Part shown: one piece after another, positions 1-10,528 of the stretch | How the letters are laid out: each line of letters begins with the position of its first letter | Position numbering within the stretch: the stretch's first letter is position 1 | From: Auanema rhodensis | Taxonomy: Eukaryota; Animalia; Nematoda | NCBI GenBank assembly: GCA_964057225.1 | Contig: OZ059897.1 | Coordinates: 20,646,001-20,710,000, forward strand | Direction: 5' to 3' | Length of the DNA stretch: 64,000 bases | The notes under the pieces: generated by a model | The model's input: the letters and a program-made list of their open reading frames with translations, nothing else | What the model was told of the DNA's origin: nothing | Database searches by the model: none | Translations under genes and position numbers: made by a program

Positions 1-80
1 CATCGAATGCACTATACTACATTGAGAAACGCTTAATACAAAAATTAGTTATGATCGTTTGAAAAATGATGCATTAGTGT

Positions 81-108
81 ATGTTGAGTTTCCATGTACA
101 CTCAACAT
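81..108. other. Dyad H1: 9-bp inverted repeat ATGTTGAGT / ACTCAACAT with a 10-nt loop (repeated in nearly every monomer)
   Basis: 81-89 is the exact reverse complement of 100-108; loop TTCCATGTAC at 90-99. Confidence 0.9.
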
Positions 109-121
109 TGCTTCCAAAAAC

Positions 122-156
122 ATTTTGACAAAAATTTTTTCGAAAAATTTCAAAAT
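122..156. other. Dyad H2: perfect palindrome TTTTTCGAAAAA (136-147) within an imperfect A/T inverted repeat
   Basis: ATTTTGACAAAAATTTTTT-CG-AAAAATTTCAAAAT; the outer arms ATTTTGA / TCAAAAT also pair. Confidence 0.8.
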
Positions 157-258
157 AATTTAGCAAAAAGTAGATGTTTTTAGATTCCTTTTTTCAAGGC
201 AAAGACGATGGACAATGTTATTCAACGAAAAAATTATTTCTTCAGGGTGAAAATCGAG

Positions 259-289
259 GATATAAGTGTGAACTTATATCAGTTGATAT
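259..289. other. Dyad H3: 9-bp stem GATATAAGT / ACTTATATC with a GTRA tetraloop, overlapping a second dyad ATATCA-GT-TGATAT
   Basis: 259-267 is the reverse complement of 272-280; loop 268-271 is GTGA or GTAA; 276-281 pairs with 284-289. Confidence 0.9.
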
Positions 290-1694
290 CTCGGTGCATT
301 TTTAAGCTAGCGCAAATCTGATAACACAGATCGACGCAGCTTGAGAATCCGCATCGAATGCACTATACTACATTGAGAAACGCTTAATACAAAAATTAGT
401 TATGATCGTTTGAAAAATGATGCATTAGTGTATGTTGAGTTTCCATGTACACTCAACATTGCTTCCAAAAACATTTTGACAAAAATTTTTTCGAAAAATT
501 TCAAAATAATTTAGCAAAAAGTAGATGTTTTTAGATTCCTTTTTTCAAGGCAAAGACGATGGACAATGTTATTTAACGAAAAAATTAATTCTTCAGGGTG
601 AAAATCGAGGATATAAGTGTAAACTTATATCAGTTGATATCTCGGTGCATTTTTAAGCTAGCGCAAATATGATAACACAGATCGACGCAGCTTAAAAATC
701 CGCATCGAATGCACTATACTACATTGAGAAACGCTTAATACAAAAATTAGTTATGATCGTTTGAAAAATGATGCATTAGTGTATGTTGAGTTTCCATGTA
801 CACTCAACATTGCTTCCAAAAACATTTTGACAAAGATTTTTTCGAAAAATTTCAAAATAATTTAGCAAAAAGTAGATGTTTTTAGATTCCTTTTTTCAAG
901 GCAAAGACGATGGACAATGTTATTTAACGAAAAAATTAATTCTTTAGGGTGAAAATCGAGGATATAAGTGTAAACTTATATCAGTTGATATCTCGGTGCA
1001 TTTTTAAGCTAGCGCAAATCTGATAACACAGATCGACGCAGCTTAAAAATTCGCATCGAATGCACTATACTACATTGAGAAACGCTTAATACAAAAATTA
1101 GTTATGATCGTTTGAAAAATGATGCATTAGTGTATGTTGAGTTTCCATGTACACTCAACATTGCTTCCAAAAACATTTTGACAAAAATTTTTTCGAAAAA
1201 TTTCAAAATAATTTAGCAAAAAGTAGATGTTTTTAGATTCCTTTTTTCTAAGCAAAGACGATGGACAATGTTATTTAACGAAAAAATTAATTCTTCAGTG
1301 TGAAAATCGAGGATATAAGTGTAAACTTATATCAGTTGATATCTCGGTGCATTTTTAAGCTAGCGCAAATCTGATAACACAGATCGACGCAGCTTAAAAA
1401 TCCGCATCTAATGCACTATACTACATTGAGAAACGCTTAATACAAAAATTAGTTATGATCGTTTGAAAAATGATGCATTAGTGTATGTTGAGTTTCCATG
1501 TACACTCAACATTGCTTCCAAAAACATTTTGACAAAAATTTTTTCGAAAAATTTCAAAATAATTTAGCAAAAAGTAGATGTTTTTAGATTCCTTTTTTCA
1601 AGGCAAAGACGATGGACAATGTTATTTAACGAAAAAATTAATTCTTCAGGGTGAAAATCGAGGATATAAGTGTAAACTTATATCAGTTGATATC

Positions 1695-1761
1695 TCGGTG
1701 CATTTTTAAGCTAGCGCAAATCTGATAACACAGATCGACGCAGCTTAAAAATCCGCATCGA
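1695..1761. other. Dyad H4: 67-nt imperfect fold-back spanning the monomer junction (position 291 to position 6 of the next unit), shown for unit 5
   Basis: TCGGTGC/GCATCGA (one G.T), CC bulge, ATTTTTAAGCT/AGCTTAAAAAT (11 bp perfect), A bulge, GCG/CGC, 3x3 internal loop, ATCTG/CAGAT, loop ATAACA. Confidence 0.85.
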
Positions 1762-4700
1762 ATGCACTATACGACATTGAGAAACGCTTAATACAAAAAT
1801 TAGTTATGATCGTTTGAAAAATGATGCATTAGTGTATGTTGAGTTTCCATGTACACTCAACATTGCTTCCAAAAACATTTTGACAAAAATTTTTTCGAAA
1901 AATTTCAAAATAATTTAGCAAAAAGTAGATGTTTTTAGATTCCTTTTTTCAAGGCAAAGACGATGGACAATGTTATTCAACGAAAAAATTAATTCTTCAG
2001 GGTGAAAATCGAGGATATAAGTGTAAACTTATATCAGTTGATATCTTGGTGCATTTTTAAGCTAGCGCAAATCTGATAACACAGATCGACGCAGCTTAAA
2101 AATCCGCATCGAATGCACTATACTACATTGAGAAACGCTTAATACAAAAATTAGTTATGATCGTTTGAAAAATGATGCATTAGTGTATGTTGAGTTTCCA
2201 TGTACACTCAACATTGCTTCCAAAAACATTTTGACAAAAATTTTTTCGAAAAATTTCAAAATAATTTAGCAAAAAGTAGATGTTTTTAGATTTCTTTTTT
2301 CAAGGCAAAGACGATGGACGATGTTATTTAACGAAAAAATTAATTCTTCAGGGTGAAAATCGAGGATATAAGTGTAAACTTATATCAGTTGATATCTCGG
2401 TGCATTTTTAAGCTAGCGCGAATCTGATAACACAGATCGACGCAGCTTAAAAATCCGCATCGAATGCACTATACTACATGGAAGAACGCTCAATACAAAA
2501 ATTAGTTATGATCGTTTGAAAAATGATGCATTAGTGTATGTTGAGTTTCCATGTACACTCAACATTGCTTCCAAAAACATTTTGACAAAAATTTTTTCGA
2601 AAAATTTCAAAATAATTTAGCAAAAAGTAAATGTTTTTAGATTCCTTTTCTCAAGGCAAAGACGATGGACAATGTTATTCAACGAAAAAATTAATTCTTC
2701 AGAGTGAAAATCGAGGATATAAGTGTAAACTTATATCAGTTGATATCTTGGTGCATTTTTAAGCTAGCGCAAATCTGATAACACAGATCGACGCAGCTTA
2801 AAAATCCGCATCGAATGCACTATACGACATTGAGAAACGCTTAATACAAAAATTAGTTATGATCGTTTGAAAAATGATGCATTAGTGTATGTTGAGTTTC
2901 CATGTACACTCAACATTGCTTCCAAAAACATTTTGACAAAAATTTTTTCGAAAAATTTCAAAATAATTTAGCAAAAAGTAGATGTTTTTAGATTCCTTTT
3001 TTCAAGGCAAAGACGATGGACAATGTTATTTAACGAAAAAATTAATTCTTCAGGGTGAAAATCGAGGATATAAGTGTAAACTTATATCAGTTGATATCTC
3101 GGTGCATTTTTAAGCTAGCGCAAATCTGATAACACAGATCGACGCAGCTTAAAAATCCGCATCGAATGCACTATACGACATTGAGAAACGCTTAATACAA
3201 AAATTAGTTATGATCGTTTGAAAAATGATGCATTAGTGTATGTTGAGTTTCCATGTACACTCAACATTGCTTCCAAAAACATTTTGACAAAAATTTTTTC
3301 GAAAAATTTCAAAATAATTTAGCAAAAAGTAGATGTTTTTAGATTCCTTTTCTCAAGGCAAAGACGATGGACAATGTTATTCAACGAAAAAATTAATTCT
3401 TCAGGGTGAAAATCGAGGATATAAGTGTAAACTTATATCAGTTGATATCTCGGTGCATTTTTAAGCTAGCGCGAATCTGATAACACAGATCGACGCAGCT
3501 TAAAAATCCGCATCGAATGCACTATACTACATGGAAGAACGCTTAATACAAAAATTAGTTATGATCGTTTGAAAAATGATGCATTAGTGTATGTTGAGTT
3601 TCCATGTACACTCAACATTGCTTCCAAAAACATTTTGACAAAAATTTTTTCGAAAAATTTCAAAATAATTTAGCAAAAAGTAGATGTTTTTAGATTCCTT
3701 TTCTCAAGGCAAAGACGATGGACAATGTTATTCAACGAAAAAATTAATTCTTCAGGGTGAAAATCGAGGATATAAGTGTAAACTTATATCAGTTGATATC
3801 TTGGTGCATTTTTAAGCTAGCGCAAATCTGATAACACAGATCGACGCAGCTTAAAAATCCGCATCGAATGCACTATACTACATTGAGAAACGCTTAATAC
3901 AAAAATTAGTTATGATCGTTTGAAAAATGATGCATTAGTGTATGTTGAGTTTCCATGTACACTCAACATTGCTTCCAAAAACATTTTGACAAAAATTTTT
4001 TCGAAAAATTTCAAAATAATTTAGCAAAAAGTAGATGTTTTTAGATTTCTTTTTTCAAGGCAAAGACGATGGACGATGTTATTTAACGAAAAAATTAATT
4101 CTTCAGGGTGAAAATCGAGGATATAAGTGTAAACTTATATCAGTTGATATCTCGGTGCATTTTTAAGCTAGCGCGAATCTGATAACACAGATCGACGCAG
4201 CTTAAAAATCCGCATCGAATGCACTATACTACATGGAAGAACGCTTAATACAAAAATTAGTTATGATCGTTTGAAAAATGATGCATTAGTGTATGTTGAG
4301 TTTCCATGTACACTCAACATTGCTTCCAAAAACATTTTGACAAAAATTTTTTCGAAAAATTTCAAAATAATTTAGCAAAAAGTAGATGTTTTTAGATTCC
4401 TTTTCTCAAGGCAAAGACGATGGACAATGTTATTCAACGAAAAAATTAATTCTTCAGGGTGAAAATCGAGGATATAAGTGTAAACTTATATCAGTTGATA
4501 TCTTGGTGCATTTTTAAGCTAGCGCAAATCTGATAACACAGATCGACGCAGCTTAAAAATCCGCATCGAATGCACTATACTACATTGAGAAACGCTTAAT
4601 ACAAAAATTAGTTATGATCGTTTGAAAAATGATGCATTAGTGTATGTTGAGTTTCCATGTACACTCAACATTGCTTCCAAAAACATTTTGACAAAAATTT

Positions 4701-7700
4701 TTTCGAAAAATTTCAAAATAATTTAGCAAAAAGTAGATGTTTTTAGATTCCTTTTCTCAAGGCAAAGACGATGGACAATGTTATTCAACGAAAAAATTAA
4801 TTCTTCAGGGTGAAAATCGAGGATATAAGTGTAAACTTATATCAGTTGATATCTTGGTGCATTTTTAAGCTAGCGCAAATCTGATAACACAGATCGACGC
4901 AGCTTAAAAATCCGCATCGAATGCACTATACTACATTGAGAAACGCTTAATACAAAAATTAGTTATGATCGTTTGAAAAATGATGCATTAGTGTATGTTG
5001 AGTTTCCATGTACACTCAACATTGCTTCCAAAAACATTTTGACAAAAATTTTTTCGAAAAATTTCAAAATAATTTAGCAAAAAGTAGATGTTTTTAGATT
5101 CCTTTTTTCAAGGCAAAGACGATGGACAATGTTATTTAACGAAAAAATTAATTCTTCAGGGTGAAAATCGAGGATATAAGTGTAAACTTATATCAGTTGA
5201 TATCTCGGTGCATTTTTAAGCTAGCGCAAATATGATAACACAGATCGACGCAGCTTAAAAATCCGCATCGAATGCACTATACTACATTGAGAAACGCTTA
5301 ATACAAAAATTAGTTATGATCGTTTGAAAAATGATGCATTAGTGTATGTTGAGTTTCCATGTACACTCAACATTGCTTCCAAAAACATTTTGACAAAGAT
5401 TTTTTCGAAAAATTTCAAAATAATTTAGCAAAAAGTAGATGTTTTTAGATTCCTTTTTTCAAGGCAAAGACGATGGACAATGTTATTTAACGAAAAAATT
5501 AATTCTTTAGGGTGAAAATCGAGGATATAAGTGTAAACTTATATCAGTTGATATCTCGGTGCATTTTTAAGCTAGCGCAAATCTGATAACACAGATCGAC
5601 GCAGCTTAAAAATTCGCATCGAATGCACTATACTACATTGAGAAACGCTTAATACAAAAATTAGTTATGATCGTTTGAAAAATGATGCATTAGTGTATGT
5701 TGAGTTTCCATGTACACTCAACATTGCTTCCAAAAACATTTTGACAAAAATTTTTTCGAAAAATTTCAAAATAATTTAGCAAAAAGTAGATGTTTTTAGA
5801 TTCCTTTTTTCTAAGCAAAGACGATGGACAATGTTATTTAACGAAAAAATTAATTCTTCAGTGTGAAAATCGAGGATATAAGTGTAAACTTATATCAGTT
5901 GATATCTCGGTGCATTTTTAAGCTAGCGCAAATCTGATAACACAGATCGACGCAGCTTAAAAATCCGCATCTAATGCACTATACTACATTGAGAAACGCT
6001 TAATACAAAAATTAGTTATGATCGTTTGAAAAATGATGCATTAGTGTATGTTGAGTTTCCATGTACACTCAACATTGCTTCCAAAAACATTTTGACAAAA
6101 ATTTTTTCGAAAAATTTCAAAATAATTTAGCAAAAAGTAGATGTTTTTAGATTCCTTTTTTCAAGGCAAAGACGATGGACAATGTTATTTAACGAAAAAA
6201 TTAATTCTTCAGGGTGAAAATCGAGGATATAAGTGTAAACTTATATCAGTTGATATCTCGGTGCATTTTTAAGCTAGCGCAAATCTGATAACACAGATCG
6301 ACGCAGCTTAAAAATCCGCATCGAATGCACTATACGACATTGAGAAACGCTTAATACAAAAATTAGTTATGATCGTTTGAAAAATGATGCATTAGTGTAT
6401 GTTGAGTTTCCATGTACACTCAACATTGCTTCCAAAAACATTTTGACAAAAATTTTTTCGAAAAATTTCAAAATAATTTAGCAAAAAGTAGATGTTTTTA
6501 GATTCCTTTTCTCAAGGCAAAGACGATGGACAATGTTATTCAACGAAAAAATTAATTCTTCAGGGTGAAAATCGAGGATATAAGTGTAAACTTATATCAG
6601 TTGATATCTCGGTGCATTTTTAAGCTAGCGCGAATCTGATAACACAGATCGACGCAGCTTAAAAATCCGCATCGAATGCACTATACTACATAGAAGAACG
6701 CTTAATACAAAAATTAGTTATGATCGTTTGAAAAATGATGCATTAGTGTATGTTGAGTTTCCATGTACACTCAACATTGCTTCCAAAAACATTTTGACAA
6801 AAATTTTTTCGAAAAATTTCAAAATAATTTAGCAAAAAGTAGATGTTTTTAGATTCCTTTTCTCAAGGCAAAGACGATGGACAATGTTATTCAACGAAAA
6901 AATTAATTCTTCAGGGTGAAAATCGAGGATATAAGTGTAAACTTATATCAGTTGATATCTTGGTGCATTTTTAAGCTAGCGCAAATCTGATAACACAGAT
7001 CGACGCAGCTTAAAAATCCGCATCGAATGCACTATACTACATTGAGAAACGCTTAATACAAAAATTAGTTATGATCGTTTGAAAAATGATGCATTAGTGT
7101 ATGTTGAGTTTCCATGTACACTCAACATTGCTTCCAAAAACATTTTGACAAAAATTTTTTCGAAAAATTTCAAAATAATTTAGCAAAAAGTAGATGTTTT
7201 TAGATTTCTTTTTTCAAGGCAAAGACGATGGACGATGTTATTTAACGAAAAAATTAATTCTTCAGGGTGAAAATCGAGGATATAAGTGTAAACTTATATC
7301 AGTTGATATCTCGGTGCATTTTTAAGCTAGCGCGAATCTGATAACACAGATCGACGCAGCTTAAAAATCCGCATCGAATGCACTATACTACATTGAGAAA
7401 CGCTTAATACAGAAATTAGTTATGATCGTTTGAAAAATGATGCATTAGTGTATGTTGAGTTTCCATGTACACTCAACATTGCTTCCAAAAACATTTTGAC
7501 AAAAATTTTTTCGAAAAATTTCAAAATAATTTAGCAAAAAGTAGATGTTTTTAGATTTCTTTTTTCAAGGCAAAGACGATGGACGATGTTATTTAACGAA
7601 AAAATTAATTCTTCAGGGTGAAAATCGAGGATATAAGTGTAAACTTATATCAGTTGATATCTCGGTGCATTTTTAAGCTAGCGCGAATCTGATAACACAG

Positions 7701-10179
7701 ATCGACGCAGCTTAAAAATCCGCATCGAATGCACTATACTACATGGAAGAACGCTCAATACAAAAATTAGTTATGATCGTTTGAAAAATGATGCATTAGT
7801 GTATGTTGAGTTTCCATGTACACTCAACATTGCTTCCAAAAACATTTTGACAAAAATTTTTTCGAAAAATTTCAAAATAATTTAGCAAAAAGTAGATGTT
7901 TTTAGATTCCTTTTCTCAAGGCAAAGACGATGGACAATGTTATTCAACGAAAAAATTAATTCTTCAGAGTGAAAATCGAGGATATAAGTGTAAACTTATA
8001 TCAGTTGATATCTTGGTGCATTTTTAAGCTAGCGCAAATCTGATAACACAGATCGACGCAGCTTAAAAATCCGCATCGAATGCACTATACGACATTGAGA
8101 AACGCTTAATACAAAAATTAGTTATGATCGTTTGAAAAATGATGCATTAGTGTATGTTGAGTTTCCATGTACACTCAACATTGCTTCCAAAAACATTTTG
8201 ACAAAAATTTTTTCGAAAAATTTCAAAATAATTTAGCAAAAAGTAGATGTTTTTAGATTCCTTTTTTCAAGGCAAAGACGATGGACAATGTTATTTAACG
8301 AAAAAATTAATTCTTCAGGGTGAAAATCGAGGATATAAGTGTAAACTTATATCAGTTGATATCTCGGTGCATTTTTAAGCTAGCGCAAATCTGATAACAC
8401 AAATCGACGCAGCTTAAAAATCCGCATCGAATGCACTATACGACATTGAGAAACGCTTAATACAAAAATTAGTTATGATCGTTTGAAAAATGATGCATTA
8501 GTGTATGTTGAGTTTCCATGTACACTCAACATTGCTTCCAAAAACATTTTGACAAAAATTTTTTCGAAAAATTTCAAAATAATTTAGCAAAAAGTAGATG
8601 TTTTTAGATTCCTTTTCTCAAGGCAAAGACGATGGACAATGTTATTCAACGAAAAAATTAATTCTTCAGGGTGAAAATCGAGGATATAAGTGTAAACTTA
8701 TATCAGTTGATATCTCGGTGCATTTTTAAGCTAGCGCGAATCTGATAACACAGATCGACGCAGCTTAAAAATCCGCATCGAATGCACTATACTACATGGA
8801 AGAACGCTTAATACAAAAATTAGTTATGATCGTTTGAAAAATGATGCATTAGTGTATGTTGAGTTTCCATGTACACTCAACATTGCTTCCAAAAACATTT
8901 TGACAAAAATTTTTTCGAAAAATTTCAAAATAATTTAGCAAAAAGTAGATGTTTTTAGATTCCTTTTCTCAAGGCAAAGACGATGGACAATGTTATTCAA
9001 CGAAAAAATTAATTCTTCAGGGTGAAAATCGAGGATATAAGTGTAAACTTATATCAGTTGATATCTTGGTGCATTTTTAAGCTAGCGCAAATCTGATAAC
9101 ACAGATCGACGCAGCTTAAAAATCCGCATCGAATGCACTATACTACATTGAGAAACGCTTAATACAAAAATTAGTTATGATCGTTTGAAAAATGATGCAT
9201 TAGTGTATGTTGAGTTTCCATGTACACTCAACATTGCTTCCAAAAACATTTTGACAAAAATTTTTTCGAAAAATTTCAAAATAATTTAGCAAAAAGTAGA
9301 TGTTTTTAGATTCCTTTTCTCAAGGCAAAGACGATGGACAATGTTATTCAACGAAAAAATTAATTCTTCAGGGTGAAAATCGAGGATATAAGTGTAAACT
9401 TATATCAGTTGATATCTCGGTGCATTTTTAAGCTAGCGCGAATCTGATAACACAGATCGACGCAGCTTAAAAATCCGCATCGAATGCACTATACTACATG
9501 GAAGAACGCTTAATACAAAAATTAGTTATGATCGTTTGAAAAATGATGCATTAGTGTATGTTGAGTTTCCATGTACACTCAACATTGCTTCCAAAAACAT
9601 TTTGACAAAAATTTTTTCGAAAAATTTCAAAATAATTTAGCAAAAAGTAGATGTTTTTAGATTCCTTTTCTCAAGGCAAAGACGATGGACAATGTTATTC
9701 AACGAAAAAATTAATTCTTCAGGGTGAAAATCGAGGATATAAGTGTAAACTTATATCAGTTGATATCTTGGTGCATTTTTAAGCTAGCGCAAATCTGATA
9801 ACACAGATCGACGCAGCTTAAAAATCCGCATCGAATGCACTATACTACATTGAGAAACGCTTAATACAAAAATTAGTTATGATCGTTTGAAAAATGATGC
9901 ATTAGTGTATGTTGAGTTTCCATGTACACTCAACATTGCTTCCAAAAACATTTTGACAAAAATTTTTTCGAAAAATTTCAAAATAATTTAGCAAAAAGTA
10001 GATGTTTTTAGATTTCTTTTTTCAAGGCAAAGACGATGGACGATGTTATTTAACGAAAAAATTAATTCTTCAGGGTGAAAATCGAGGATATAAGTGTAAA
10101 CTTATATCAGTTGATATCTCGGTGCATTTTTAAGCTAGCGCAAATCTGATAACACAGATCGACGCAGCTTAAAAATCCG

Positions 10180-10528
10180 CATCGAATGCACTATACTACA
10201 TTGAGAAACGCTTAATACAAAAATTAGTTATGATCGTTTGAAAAATGATGCATTAGTGTATGTTGAGTTTCCATGTACACTCAACATTGCTTCCAAAAAC
10301 ATTTTGACAAAAATTTTTTCGAAAAATTTCAAAATAATTTAGCAAAAAGTAGATGTTTTTAGATTTCTTTTTTCAAGGCAAAGACGATGGACGATGTTAT
10401 TTAACGAAAAAATTAATTCTTCAGGGTGAAAATCGAGGATATGTGTAAACTTATATCAGTTGATATCTCGGTGCATTTTTAAGCTAGCGCGAATCTGATA
10501 ACACAGATCGACGCAGCTTAAAAATCCG
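10180..10528 (+). repeat. 349-bp monomer with a 2-bp deletion (GATATAAGT > GATATGT) in the left arm of H3
   Basis: AA is missing between 10442 and 10443; the next unit starts at 10529. Confidence 0.93.

Larger units (their letters stand above)
1..351 (+). repeat. Reference monomer (unit 1), 351 bp, about 32% GC, rich in A/T tracts
   Basis: Manual count gives 53 C and 59 G in 351 nt; the next unit begins at 352. Confidence 0.97.

Noticed and set aside
116-194. Strictly phased A-tracts giving intrinsic curvature, or an intrinsic terminator or promoter
   Set aside because: Tract spacing is irregular (about 9-14 bp), and there is no gene context to support regulatory calls.
1-351. Assignment to a named satellite of similar length (e.g. 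Drosophila 359-bp or tenebrionid beetle 340-360 bp families)
   Set aside because: Only length and AT richness are similar; I recognise no sequence match and cannot run a database search.
239-385. Satellite-encoded hammerhead ribozyme (CTGAAGA on the minus strand at 239-245; CTGATAA...GAAACGCT with AGCG on the plus strand)
   Set aside because: The minus-strand core has no stem II closing onto a GAAA. The plus-strand version lacks G8, the UH cleavage site and stem I. An Infernal/Rfam search would be the formal test.
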